Shown in pieces: positions 48,918 to 62,893 of a DNA stretch of 64,000 bases. The notes beneath the pieces are model-generated. The model was given only the letters and a program-made list of their open reading frames with translations, was not told where the DNA came from and made no database searches. The stretch is taken from assembly GCF_001194135.2 (NCBI RefSeq), contig NC_069000.1:38702444-38766443 (forward strand), given 5' to 3'. A program made the position numbers and the translations under genes. The first letter of the stretch is position 1. Each line of letters starts with the position of its first letter. This DNA is from Octopus bimaculoides (Eukaryota).

Positions 48918-50126
48918 AGGCGGTAAAAAATATTTGCGGACTGGAACTACCTAAGGGCAGAGATTCTCCGTTCATCCTTTAGGTCCATAATATCTGCTGA
49001 CCAGACCAGCGTAAGGCCGACAACTCAGTTTGTTTAAGCTTCAAGCAATATAGAATATTCTTTTGTTTACAAATTAACTAACCATAACGGTTTTTTTCCT
49101 CAAGTTTGGAGAATCGTTGTATATCTGCTGCCTTTGGAGTCTGACGGGTCGTTTATAAATCTAGGCGCTTTATGGATGCGAAACCCGTCGTCACCCTATC
49201 ACTGGACATACATTTATCTTCATGAAAATGCTTCACTGCTCTAACCTTTAGAGTAAGATTGCAAGATCGGAGTTTCAGTTCCTAGACCATGCTGCTCTAC
49301 GATAACGTCGACACCTGACGCGCCGTACATCGTGCACGTGAGCGTTATCCAAATAATTACTCTTTAAACAGTTTATAAGAAAATTCATTCTTAGAGATAT
49401 CGTTAAAAACAATTCAGGAACTGGAAGTAACTCGACAAATAATTAAAATTCGAAATATAAGGTTAAACTTTAAAAAAGAATATACCTAAAGTGTAATGTC
49501 AAGTAACTTAGAAACTATTTCTAATTGAGTAAGTCAAAGTAGTTTAAAATCACTAGAAAACTTACAACTGAACAAAGCGTACTCAAATTAAATTATATTT
49601 TATCTAAATATCGGTGCCTGATGCATCAGACAGTTGAAACTAAGCAATTATTTAATTCTAAAAAAAAAAATACTATTTACTTTAACCCAAAACATTTGCA
49701 AGTAAACAATTTTAACAAATCTCAAAATATCTTACTCTAATGTATGGATAATATATTTTATCTCGTTACTGATTATACTTTAAAAAAGCTAATATATTTG
49801 TCTAAGTACATATATAAAAACTTGATCTATTGAGTAACATTAGACACACACGATTTTATGATCGAATCAATTATACCTAATTTTGTTAGATTAAGTACTT
49901 AGGATATCAAATTTACATAATGTATATTTTCTAAGTACCAATTTGATCAACACTAGTAACCATTTAAATTAATCTGTAACGTTTTCTCTCTAATGGGAAA
50001 ATTGCTATATAATTCTTAGTTCTATTTTCCCTGTTTTAGGTGTCATTATTTAACAGGACAAAATTCCAATAAATATATTAAGTAGTCTTGTTCTCTAGAA
50101 TATAATATACCACATCACTTTTATAT

Positions 50127-50340
50127 TGGTTTCAAATTTTAGCACAAGGCCAGGAAGTTCAAGAGAAGGACTTCGTCGATGAAATTGGCTCCGGTGTTGG
50201 ATTAGTATTTATTTTATCGAACTCGACATGATGAACGGCTAGGTCGACCCCGGTGGCATTTGAACTCAGAACGTAAAGACGGATGAAATTCCGCTAAGCA
50301 TTGTGCCCGGTGTGTTAAAGACTGTGTCATCTCACCGCTT
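50127..50340 (-). mobile_element. SINE family A, full length degenerate
   Basis: tggtttcaaattttagcacaaggcc...ggtcgaccccggtggcatttgaactcagaacgtaaagacgga...gctaagcatt. Confidence 0.85.
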
Positions 50341-51037
50341 TACATCTCTTCTCTAAATTAATAGCTCTTATAATAGTCTAGAAACAGCGAAAATAATTAT
50401 GTAATAAAAGTTATTCACAGAACTAAATGGGTTCCTGGAAACATTTTAAACTTTGCATTACAATATATCTCAATGGACATAAATATACACAAAATAACAC
50501 CCAGCTGCCAAAACATTTCTCATAAGTGGTATCTAAAAAATTGAAATTATATACCTCTAAACAATTCTCTATTATTTTTTTAGAAATAAAATTATTATAC
50601 ATTCAGTTGTTCAGTGGCAACAACTTCTATTAGTTTTGCGAAACAAACAAAAAAAATAGTTCTCTAAAAGATTTATTACATAGAAAACATGTCGTATGAA
50701 GCAATAACTGAAACAAAGAGTTTCAAATATTATGGGTGTATGATAAACATTCTTATTACAATATATTTAGCACTTTTATAATTGTCATAATTGTTGCTTT
50801 AATACCATGTGCAGTATATTTATAATGTGCTCTAAAGTAATAATTTAAATATTTAATGGCCTGTTTGTATTATATGAAGCGTCTCTTTATAAACATAAAC
50901 ATATTTAAACTCAACTGTAACGTTATATTATATTCATTCTATTAAATTTTGGCTAGAAGTATGTATGCTGTCAGGAGAATAATAACAAGAAAAAAAAACA
51001 AATATGAGAAAAGTTTGTAACTGACGATTTGAAATTA

Positions 51038-51280
51038 TTGGGTTGGTGCATAATTATAGCAGCTTTATTAAAACAAATTTTATTCAACAAAAACAATAAC
51101 AATATTTAACAAAAACATCTTTAAATTAAGGTCTGACCGTCTGCCAAGTAATTGAAGTAGATGGTGAATATGCTCTGGAATAATCATTTAAAGATGTTTT
51201 TGTTACATGTTGTTATTGTTTTTGTTGAATAAAATTTGTTGGGGAAAAAAAAAAGCCTCAATAATTATGCACCAACCCAA
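51038..51280 (+). mobile_element. Mariner MITE / deletion derivative with Hsmar-like TIRs
   Basis: TA-ttgggttggtgcataattat ... ataattatgcaccaacccaa (perfect 20-bp TIR); interior keeps transposase end VIEVDGEYALE*. Confidence 0.9.
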
Positions 51281-52028
51281 GGGTGTGTAAAATATCTAAT
51301 TCATAAACAGTTATGTGTTTGTGTGCTTAAGGTCTAAGTCATGCACAGAAGAATAGCAAGAAAGGCGTATTAAAAAAATTCGGAATGATGTCGCAGAAAA
51401 ACAACGGTCGACTAAAACACGTACAGTTTTTCAACTACCAGAGTAAAACTGGTGATCATTCAGTCTCGAGCTATTATTTATGACATGCTTGTATGAAGTA
51501 ACCTACTCAAACCTATTACTGATCCGCTTTTTTTCTGATGAAAAAATCTTCATTATTTCAGCTGCACATCATTCACAGGGCTTTTCGTTAGCAACAAATG
51601 AATTTGCTTTAGCAAGCATAATCCAGTGGAAATCCTAATCTTTAAGAATATGTGTGTGTGTGTCTTTCGTCTGCATTTAGTATCCAGACAACAATATGGT
51701 ATTTTTCCATCTGGAACTCTGAAGGAATGAGTGTATTGAATGTTTTGGATCTTCAGTGGATTAGCAGCCAAGCCAAAATATAAATTATACGAAGTATTAT
51801 TTGTGACAATAGCGTATTCCCTTAGTTAAGTAAATACGCTTAAGAGGACTGTAAATAGGGCAAACTCAATTTTTAAAATTTAGTACTATTAGAACAATTA
51901 TAATTTTATTTAAATTGAAGCTATGTTGTGTGTTATATACGGCGGCCATGATAAGAATCAAGGCTAACATCTGAGATGCGGGTCTCCCTGGCTGAAATCC
52001 AGTTTGATTTGGTTATGAAATACTAGTT

Positions 52029-52120
52029 CAGTGGTTCTCAAAATAAGGTCCACGGTTCCTTAGGAAACCACCAAGCGATTTTAGGGGGACCGCAAGGGAC
52101 GCTGAAATATCGTGAAAACA
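52029..52120 (+). mobile_element. Probable hAT (Charlie-like) left end
   Basis: Starts cagtggttctcaaa, the typical Charlie/MER5-type terminus, followed by ggtccacgg...ttttagggggacc; no partner end found. Confidence 0.45.
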
Positions 52121-54114
52121 GTTGGCATGAGACAGTTAAGTTTTTAAATTTCAAGACGTTGAATTTTTCGCCATACTACTCGTACACACTCATTTGCTAA
52201 TCACACTTGTTTTACAACAAGTCTTGTAAAAAGAATTAGGTAAAATAATAACTTAATTCATGACTACTTCATAGGCGGTTTACCTATGCAATTATTTCAG
52301 AGAGGAAGATGAGTATATATCCTTTGATAAGCAGTCATGAACTTGTGAAATAGTTCAGAAGTAATATTTCACACACAGAGTTAACCCATAGTGAAGCTTT
52401 ACAATATTTAAGTATACTGTCTTTTAAAACATTTTTAAACAACTTATACATGTCTTTTTATTATGTTGTTCAGGACCTGTTTGTGTATTAATACCACAGG
52501 AAAATCCCGTTGTACATGGGGAAGGCAGAATTTTATAAAAACGAAACGGAAATCCTCAATTGACGTCTAATTATAAGTTTTTATGATTTCAATGCAACCT
52601 GTCATAACTTTTATGTAAAATGCTTCATGTTATCAATATGGTATTCATTATATTTATTTATATATATATGTGTTATCGGAGATTTAGTTCAACGTATGGC
52701 TGTGGCGAGTATATCCTGCCGTTCTTTCTTTTCAGTGTGTTAGAAAAAAATTATGTTTCAATGCAGTACATATAGCTTCGTCTTTTAGAATACGATTTGA
52801 TTAAATAAGTAGACGGTTTATTCCATAAAATATTGTCGCTCTTATAAGACAGTGAACTGGAGAAACTGTGTATTGGTAAACACTTTGAGTATTTATATTA
52901 ATTCATATAATTTGATTTGCAATATCGATTATCAAAACCTGAAAGCTGGATATAATAAGTAACAGCTAAAGGATGTGATTTGTTCAAACTACCGTAATCC
53001 ACACATTCATTAATAAAATACGTCCAAGTATTAAACGTAATTGAATGAACGGAAACTCTTATATATGTTGCAAAAGTGCCCATTTGAATGAATCATGGAA
53101 TTGATACCTTTAGTTGTGACCAAAACACTTTCTTGTAGTTGTCTCTTTATAATTATATAACATTAAAGACACATATTTCAGAAATATGTATAACTGAGTT
53201 GGTAAACGTGTGAACTTTTGCTCTCAATATATAAAGGGATTCGATAACGAATTTGAGGACATTACTTTGACGCATTATAGTAGTCCTTTCATTCATTGAT
53301 CTTCGCAACTTTATCATTATTCATTTTATGAACATGGATTTGATTAATCCATCGCTTAATGACTTTATTTTAATTACAAATTAATATCCGCCTTGCCTTG
53401 TTCGATTTTAGATATCAAATCTGATGTGCTGAAATGTAATTGATACCTTCTGAAACCGAGTGTTCTCACATTAGTTTTATTCTGTGTTCCGTAGTACAAA
53501 GGCTGTGATGAATCAGGTGTAGCCAATCAAATCTAATAGTTCAGTTTCCAATTCGTTATGTATACATTTCCATGGGGAACTAGCGAACCAGAAAAATGAA
53601 TGACAGTGTTTCTATCTACTTCGCCTGTCAACAACATGATTTGCTATTTTCCTGTACTGAATCTCGTCTCTAGTAGTTTACATAGTTGTACAGATATCAG
53701 AAAAATGTGTAACGAGATTAATTAAATGAGTTTCACTACTTATCAGTGCGAAATTTGTTTTAACATTCCTGTAATAACAAGAAATAGTAGCACTTTGGGG
53801 ACATAATATCTGATTAAGCACTGAAGCGGACATTTTTCAAACCTCAGTGTGACATATCTTTGCTGTTCACATCATTTTAATTTTTTCATTATGTATCGTA
53901 GTAATATGTGTGCAACACAGAACGAATTTACTGTTGAGAGAGGTTGTTTGATATTAAATTCAATTAATATAAAATTAGCACTTCAATGTGCTGAAACCAT
54001 AAGAATAACTCATCTATGAAGCAAGAGTGCAGAAATTAAAAGTGTTTTGGAGAAGTGAATTTGTTAGGAGAATAACATAAGATAACACGACAAATAAAAA
54101 TAAAGAGAGAAGAA

Positions 54115-54230
<116 letters not shown>

Positions 54231-54949
54231 ACGAAAACGACGATATGAACAAGTTGATCAACAGTAGAACGGCAAAGAACCATAAAAATGGACGTAGATC
54301 CTAAGAACATAAAAAGAGAAGAAGTGAAGGAAAATATGTGAATGTCGAGGATTATCACAAAACAGGCAACCTGTTTTATTTTCTATAAACCTAAACGTAT
54401 TAAGCCGTTTCTAGTCAGATAACTTTGAAGGATACAATTTCAATTCCGTGCATTAACGTACCGAAACTAAAGAGATTCTTAAGAAACGCCTGAACAGATA
54501 ATTTAGTGGGCTGAGGTATTGTGATGTTCAGCTGAATTATTGATTTTCAATATGTTATGCAACACACGTTCAACCTATAAGTAAGCAGTGTCGTTTAAAA
54601 GGAGCAGCGTTTGTAAATAAGTACGTACGTAGCGACGTGGATTATAGACGCCCAACGGCGACTTTATATATATATTTAGCATATGTTGAATAAACCGGCA
54701 TCTCTGTAGTATTTATAGAAATTTAAGGTAGTACTATAACAATGACGTTGCCTCGTGTGTGTGTGCATGTGTGTGTGTGTGTGTGTAAATCGGTCGGTGG
54801 AGACCTCAGTTTTTGAATGCAGATCTGTACATTTGTACATAGGAGCTAATGGTAATGATGTTGTGTACATGTATGATATTATGATTGGTAGATTGGTATG
54901 CAATGTGAAAGAAGGTATATGCTGGATTTATGAATCCGGCACTTAAGCC

Positions 54950-55140
54950 TTCCCCAACCGTTCACCTCTTCACATTTCTTCTGTTGTGTTCACATTTCCC
55001 TCCAGCCCCGCACTAAGTATTATACCTAAACCTTTCTTCCCAGAATGTATCGCCCTGCTGAATTATGTGTTTTCAGTGGGAGGGGATTAGCAGCAGTTTA
55101 AAAGGAATATTAATGCTATCGACATCATCGGTCTCAAAGT
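54950..55140 (+). mobile_element. CR1-type LINE 3' fragment
   Basis: VHISLQPRTKYYT*TFLPRM...QQFKRNINAIDI, homologous in character to the CR1 end at 19500-19800. Confidence 0.65.
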
Positions 55141-58100
55141 GGCTGCAAAAATCTAATGGAAACTGGCAATAAAAAAAAAAACGTTTTTATGGCTAGAATT
55201 GGAACAACAGTAATAATCTAGTTGTAATTTTTGTAAAGCGATCACACATTTACATGGCCCTTAAGTGCAAGTTTACACTATCGCAAGCATGAAAAACTGA
55301 CAACCAGCAAGGCGGATATGCCGCTTTGTGTTAACACGCGAATTATCATTAATATGACAGGTGGGAAAATCAAAGGTTTTCAAATGGCGATGAAACATGA
55401 CAGAGACTGAACTTTGGAAGGATGTCATATAACCTGTCTCACAATGCCACAGCTAATATGGTTTTCAATGCAGTCCCTCTAACGCCACGGATTTTCAGGT
55501 GGGGAATATGTAGGAGTCGTTCGAGAAATAAACAGAAATTCACGAGTCACCATTTTCTCTTGCTTTCCCACAAATGGTATTCACAATCAAGAAAGATCAA
55601 ACGCATGCTCTTCTACTTACACAAAAGCCACATCCCTTCTGCTGCTCTCTCTCTAGCCCAAATCTCATTTCGACCTCACTTCAATCTCCCAGATATTGTA
55701 TTTAGGAACTTCAAATGAAGTGGCGCTTTTGTCTCCCAAACACAACAGTATTGAATAACAGAGAATACAACGTATAATGTATACCTTGGATTTGCATGTC
55801 AAGCACATTTCTGTCAATATCAATGTTTCACTCTGTCACTCTTGAATAATTCAATCACTCCCTATGCATTCCCTTACCATAAAGTAACGTTGTCTGGTAC
55901 GTCAAGACAACTGGCAACACGTGTTTCATTATAGAATTTCTTTTTTGATACAACTCGTGCTGGATCGATTGACAAACGGTATCTTTTGGAATATATTTCT
56001 CCATATAATTCACGCCACCAAAACCGACAAATGGAATAACCCCAAACGATGTAAATACAGTTCTGCCCCAGACATAATGGCAACCAACAGAGTTTACAAT
56101 CATTCTACGAAAGCAAATTATGTTTTTACGTATTGAACTATCTTATGGGATTTAACCATCTCCGATATACAAATAGGTGCCATTTATCTATATTATTTCT
56201 TTTTGAAGGTGACAATTATTGCGAGTTCTACACAAACCATAATATAATTTATCTTCATACTACAGTTTCAGAACCACCTTGATATAGATGCTCGACGCGA
56301 TCACGTCACAAATCTGTTTATACATCCCTTACACTGAACAGATGCAGTGTTGCCAGAAGAAAAACTTCTGTCGCAACATCGAACACATTTTTTTAATATA
56401 ATTCTACTTATGTATACGAGCCCTCATTATCCCCAAATATTTCATTTTTACCCCACTTGAGATAATTTACCCCAGATCACCGACCCTTGCCCTAGAGGAA
56501 TGTCTACACAAAGGCTAAATTTCAGTCTTTTCCAGCTGATGATTAGCCGCTGTCTCTCCCGAATTCATCCGCCTTTTGAGAAGCCTTTTCTCTCGTGTTG
56601 CAGGTCGACCCATGAAAGTCCACACTCCTTACGAAGTACGACTGATAGGGTGAGGGTTTATTCATCGACAGCCTGACCGTGTGACAGTTTGTTAGTAGTA
56701 CTAACAGTGACCTCACACAACACATGTACTTGCATCCACACATACACTTATACACATACACAAACGTATCTACCGACCTATCTACATACATACATTCATA
56801 CATAATGTATGCGATTAAGCTTATCCGATTTTGTGTTCCTTTAGGCCTTGCAACATACCAGATCGATAAAAATTATTCGATAAAATAATTCACAGAATGT
56901 AATGCGTCCTATTATTCAATCAACACTTAAAGACAGTGTACCATCATGGCCACAGACAGAATTAATAAAAATTATATAACCTATTCGAAAGGTGTGTATC
57001 AATACATATTTACGACTAATAAGACCCATATTCTTAGAGTATATTGTCTTTGATTCTTACTCAGCAGTAATATCAATGAGGAGCAAATATGCAGCGATTT
57101 CCACAACAAAGCCACAATTCTTTATCTTCACAGAAGACCACACAAAATATCTTTCAAAATCTTCCAGTTCAAGAAACCAGCTAAACTGCGTTGGAAGTAT
57201 CTCAAGCAAAGAAGTCGCGCCAAGCGCTTTACTATTCTCAATTTTTCACCCAGAGTTGCCTTCTTTTCTGGGTCAAGCTATAGACTTTCCATAAATAACC
57301 TAATGCCATTTCATAAAAATAATCAATATTAGTCCAGACAATTAAAATAAAAATATGAAATTCAAAGAAGAGAAATGTATTTGAGGGGTGAATAGTGGGT
57401 GTAAGTAAAATCAATGATCTCTTGGTATCGATTTCTTCCAAGTATCAGCAAAATATTTTTCGCACCCGACGCTGCCAACATATTAATCAACTTATTACAT
57501 AATCTCACCACTCGATTACTAGTTTAAGTAGTTTTGTCTAGGAAAGAAAAGAAAGATCGATATTTACGATTAATGGTGATTTGCACAAAATTATTTCTTC
57601 CCCAACATATGCGTAGACATAGCTGTGTGACTGAAAACGTTTTCTTAACAATCGTGTGGTATCAGGTCTGATCACACTCGACGAAAACATGGGATAGAAC
57701 ATTGCAGCGTACCCTGACGTTAACCAGTGACGTATAAGAGAAGTTTAGTTGAAGGAAATGGTTCTGAGATGCGTCGTAAGTGCATATATCCATGTCTGTG
57801 TTTATATCCACTGATTTAAACTTGTGTATTGAGTATCTTGATGTAAAGAACGAGCTTAACAATTCTCTAAATAAATTGCAATAAAAACAAGAGCACTTAG
57901 AGAGAGAAAACCTCCGCCAAGGCAGCACCAACGACCTGATTTCTTTTTTTATTACCCACAAGGGGCCAAACATAGATGGGACATTACAAAACAATACAAA
58001 ACATAATCGGCAAAATAAAAGTACAGAAAGAAATCGAGTGAAGAAGGCAAAAATAAAAAGAACGAATGAAAATAATAAAAGGAGGCGCAATGTCTACTCG

Positions 58101-58825
58101 ATCCCCGAAGTCGACTGGTTACATTTAGGCATTACTTTTTGGAACAATTTCTTTTTCCTTTTAAAAGTTCACATCTTCGTTTTTAAATGTTCCTATTTTA
58201 CAATATCTTTAAACTTTCTCTAGTCNNNNNNNNNNNNNNNNNNNNNNNNNNNNNNNNNNNNNNNNNNNNNNNNNNNNNNNNNNNNNNNNNNNNNNNNNNN
58301 NNNNNNNNNNNNNNNNNNNNNNNNNNNNNNNNNNNNNNNNNNNNNNNNNNNNNNNNNNNNNNNNNNNNNNNNNNNNNNNNNNNNNNNNNNNNNNNNNNNN
58401 NNNNNNNNNNNNNNNNNNNNNNNNNNNNNNNNNNNNNNNNNNNNNNNNNNNNNNNNNNNNNNNNNNNNNNNNNNNNNNNNNNNNNNNNNNNNNNNNNNNN
58501 NNNNNNNNNNNNNNNNNNNNNNNNNNNNNNNNNNNNNNNNNNNNNNNNNNNNNNNNNNNNNNNNNNNNNNNNNNNNNNNNNNNNNNNNNNNNNNNNNNNN
58601 NNNNNNNNNNNNNNNNNNNNNNNNNNNNNNNNNNNNNNNNNNNNNNNNNNNNNNNNNNNNNNNNNNNNNNNNNNNNNNNNNNNNNNNNNNNNNNNNNNNN
58701 NNNNNNNNNNNNNNNNNNNNNNNNNNNNNNNNNNNNNNNNNNNNNNNNNNNNNNNNNNNNNNNNNNNNNNNNNNNNNNNNNNNNNNNNNNNNNNNNNNNN
58801 NNNNNNNNNNNNNNNNNNNNNNNNN

Positions 58826-58865
<40 letters not shown>

Positions 58866-58919
58866 TGCATATACGCACAGGCACTGGGATGAACTCTATT
58901 TAGTTCTTGCGTACGAAAC

Positions 58920-59015
58920 CCACTCATATGGCTTTGGTTGTCCCGAGGCTATAGAAGAAGACATTTTCCCAACGCACCATGCAAATAAACTGTACCTGGA
59001 ACCATGTGGTTGCGA
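58920..59015 (-). mobile_element. SINE family B, 5' fragment
   Basis: ccactcatatggctttggttgtcccgaggctatagaagaagaca...cctggaaccatgtggttg. Confidence 0.8.
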
Positions 59016-59146
59016 GACATAAACAGACTCTTAGTGCACAAATTTCCTTCAAATTTCTACATCACTTTATGAAATAATATGGCCATGAAATATTTGTAAG
59101 AAAGTGTAAAATGATAACAGAAACAAGAATTATTTTATGACAATTT

Positions 59147-59242
59147 CAAGTAGTTAACATAAATTGTGGTACCTAAAGTAGAAAAAGAAATCTATTTAGA
59201 AGATATGCCAGAGGCGCTAACTTCTGAATCTACCTTGAGAAT
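59147..59242. repeat. 96-bp direct repeat, copy 1
   Basis: About 7 mismatches to 59998-60093. Confidence 0.9.
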
Positions 59243-59559
59243 ACTAGAAATTTTCTAATTTATAGACGGTAAAGGGTGCGCAATTGTAAAGCTACTTTGA
59301 GAATACAAGGAACTTGCCAATATATGGAAAACCAGTTACTTGTCTCGCACATAAATTTAACATAGCTTCAACATTATTCTACAAATAAAATAGCAAATTG
59401 TTCAAAGTATTGTACTACCATTACATACACGTGTTTAATTCTATTGTAAATATGGTTCTATATTTTATATCATGTAATTATATTCCCAGTTGTTTCATTC
59501 TAGTTATTGCTATTGTTATTAAAGGCCAAGTATATTCAATAGAACAGATTGAAGATATT

Positions 59560-59790
59560 TCATCTGTTATTTTCCTTTTGCTTATTGTAGTCATTGGAAT
59601 ACGGCCATGATTGAGCGCCGCCTTGAAATTTTGTTTCAGTTTTTTTTCTAATTTTTAGGTGAAGAAATCGATCCGGATGCTTATTTTTGAAGTCTGGTAC
59701 TTATTCTATTGGTTACCTTTGCAGGACCGCTACGTTTTAGGGAGGAAAATAAACCAACACTGGTGGACAAGTGGTATGCGATCGAAAGGA
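59560..59790 (-). mobile_element. SINE family B, 3' part degenerate
   Basis: gtcattggaatacggccatgattgagcgccgccttgaa...ggtacttattctatt...ccgctacgttttaggga. Confidence 0.75.
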
Positions 59791-59997
59791 GAAATCAAGC
59801 GCATATGTTTATGCACACACACTTGTATATTTATATGCATACTTATATATGTGGACTGATGAATAGGTATCTAGACTGTTGCTATAATAACTAAGCTAAA
59901 ACACGAAGAGTGATGCCGCTTGGCACAGGTTGACCTTGAACTCTGGACAATGAAAGAAGAGCATTCAACAAATTTATTGGGAGTTACATGTATTGAT

Positions 59998-60093
59998 CAA
60001 GTGGTTAACATAAATTGTGGTACCTGGAGTGGGAAAAGAAATATATCTAGAAGATATGCCAGAGGCGCTAACTTCTGAAGCTACCTTGAGAAT
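59998..60093. repeat. 96-bp direct repeat, copy 2
   Basis: See 59147-59242. Confidence 0.9.
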
Positions 60094-61119
60094 TTTGGAT
60101 TCTTATATTTTCATTACTGCGATTCTTTTCGGTGATCTTTTTTACATGATTTGTTACGACGAATATGATTAGTATTGGGATATGACACTCGATGACGTAA
60201 TTGCAACAAATTCACCAAAACAAGTCAGAGATCTATTTGCAGATCTTCCCATTCGGTGTTAGTTGCTTAAAAGCTATATACTAGCTTAAAATCCGTTTTG
60301 TTTTCTAAACTAGAATTAGTCAGTTTAACGAATATAGTTTGTTACCGAATTACCCAAAATCTGAAACCTGATCCACTAAACGTTTACAAAATATTTGTTC
60401 AACCCGAATATGATTCACACGCTGATAACTAGTAGTCAGTTTTTAAATTTTTATCGATTTGTTTTAAAAGATACAGTGCCATAGGATAACTATTGATAAA
60501 TATAACGTTATCAAAAGCAATTCCATAAGAAGTGAAACAACTATATATANNNNNNNNNNNNNNNNNNNNNNNNNNNNNNNNNNNNNNNNNNNNNNNNNNN
60601 NNNNNNNNNNNNNNTATATATATATATTTTGAATGTAAATGGGCAGTTCATATCAGGCAATATGTAATTTCTTTGATCTTGAAAATATTTAGAATATTCT
60701 ATCTTGATGAAAAATTGATATGTCGACAAATAATTATAAATATCTAGATTCCCACGTCATTGTAAAACCTGTGTTTCTCATCTTACAGGGAAGATTAATG
60801 CAACGCAATACAAAAGTTCAAAGTTTTGCTCGGTAATAGTTAAGTCTCTTGACATTACAAATTAACTCATGCGTTTCAAATTGATGATGTAACGATATAC
60901 GCCGTATCAAATTAAGGTCATAAAAAGCAGTTCAATTTTGACATTCTTTTTAATCATAATATTAAATTTGGTGTTCAGAAGCGTCACTTTTACTCTTAAG
61001 AGACTACAGATGCTAATCTCCATACACGCTAATCATTTGTTTTCATTCGTAAGACAATTTAAAATGTGCTATTCTAAAGAAAGTAATATGAATTTACAGA
61101 ATTTAAGAAATACTGATTT

Positions 61120-61533
61120 CAAACTTTGGCTCAAGGTTTTCACTTTCGGGGGTGAGAGTAAGTCGATTACATTGATCCTCTGCGCCCATCTTGTACTTAT
61201 TTTATTGACCCCGAAAAGACGAAAGGCAAAGTCAGCATCGACAGAATTCGAAATCAGAATCAAAAGACCGACGAAATAACGCTAAGCATTTTGTCAGGGG
61301 TGCTAACGTTTCTGCCACTTCGTCGCCTTAGAATATAGGAAATAATGGTTTCCAATTTCCGAGGAGGACAGTAAATCAATTACATCAACCTCAGTATTTA
61401 ACTGGTACTCATATCGATCCGAAAGGATGAAAAGCAATACCGACCTCGGTGAAATTTGAACTCAGAACGCAAAGGCAGACGAAATACCGCTAAGCATTTT
61501 GCCCAGTGTGCTAACGATTCTGCCAACTCGCCG
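61120..61533 (-). mobile_element. Two head-to-tail SINE family A copies
   Basis: Units at about 61120-61330 and 61345-61533, each with gctaagcatttt...gctaacg..tctgcca. Confidence 0.88.
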
Positions 61534-61899
61534 AATTTAAGAAATATCAGACATTGATTTCTATTACTTGATGCACAAAAACAGTACGTTTTTTTTTTAA
61601 ATTATAAAATCGATCAAATATTTGATTGTTTCCGTTTTTTACTATCACACTCAGGAAGATAAAGAGATTGAACTCTGAATGTTTAACGCAAAACACGAAC
61701 AGACTGAATTTATGAACCCAAGTTGTGTTCTTCTGATTGGCAATTAATTGCTCTTAAAATGTTTGTACACGGTGGTGCATCAGCATGGCCGCAGCTCTGA
61801 GCTGAAACTTTGAAATGAAATGAAATGAAAAATATATCTTCATTCAGTTAGTAAATATTCGAAGACAAAGCAATTGACATTAAAACAATGATTTTTCAT

Positions 61900-62290
61900 T
61901 TATTATTCTTTCAGTCCTTTGACTGCGTCCAAGCTGTAACACCACCTTAAAGTGTTTTAGTCGAACAAATCGACCCCAGGACATGTTCTTTGTATATATA
62001 GCACTTAATCTAGAGATTCACTTTTGCCGAGCCGCTAAGTTGCGGAGACGAAAGCACACCAATATTGGTTATCAAGTGGGGGTGGCATTAACACAGACAC
62101 AAAGATATACACACATAAATATATACATATATACGATGGTCTTCTTCCAATTTCCGTCTACCAAAACAAATAACAAGTCTTTGGTTGGCTCTAGACTATA
62201 GAAGAAAAAACTTACCCAAGATACCACGCAGTGGGACTGAACTCAGAACCATGTGGTTGGGAAATAAACTTCTTACCACACATCCACGAC
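61900..62290 (-). mobile_element. SINE family B, near full length degenerate
   Basis: ttcagtcctttgactgcg...gtcgaacaaatcgaccccagga...ttccgtctacc...cacgcagtgggactgaactcagaaccatgtggttggga. Confidence 0.88.
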
Positions 62291-62893
62291 TGCAGATGTT
62301 TACTAAATATATGACGCATCGAAATTCCATCAAGCGTCAGAGTGTTCTGTTTGAAATAATTTTGACACAACAACTGAAGATATTCATAAAATATAAAGTT
62401 ACCTCTTTACGTCGATATATTCCTTGTAAAATACATTATAGTTATGTTTCGTGTCCCTATTTCCGTACTTTCAACGCAATGTTAAGAAATGTTACAGAGC
62501 ACTCTTTTTAGAATTAGCATTCTTATTGAAAAAAAGTAGTCGAAAAGACTGACTAGCAACAACGTTTACAATCTTAAATATACTTATCAACCTCCATGAT
62601 CCATGTCTTAGAATCTTGTTTGTCCGAACATGGATTCCGACGTCATTGTTTAGTTTCCACCATTTTGTTTTTTCTTTAAAGATGTCATCCATCATCGTTA
62701 TCCACAGACAATACTGAGAGAATAAAAGTGTTGTTGCTTAACCCCAAACATCTGCTCTAATCAAAAAGGCCTATAAAACTGCAAGTCATAAGCATACAGT
62801 CTCTTGTCTGTGTGGCGTATCTGCAAAAACCTTGGTGCGTTTGTGTAAGTGAAAATTGAGTAGTTTTCAAGTGTTCAAGCGAACAGCAAATTA

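Noticed and set aside
49141-49190. ctgacggg...gcgaaacccgtc
   Set aside because: Core box is CUGACGG and helix I is absent; better explained as a simple gacggg/cccgtc hairpin.
55855-56103. Minus ORF with TVFTSFG, reminiscent of Helitron Rep N-terminus
   Set aside because: Single short motif; remaining sequence does not follow the Helitron pattern.
56992-57294. Region with open frames on both strands
   Set aside because: No recognisable domain, no coherent splice sites before stops.
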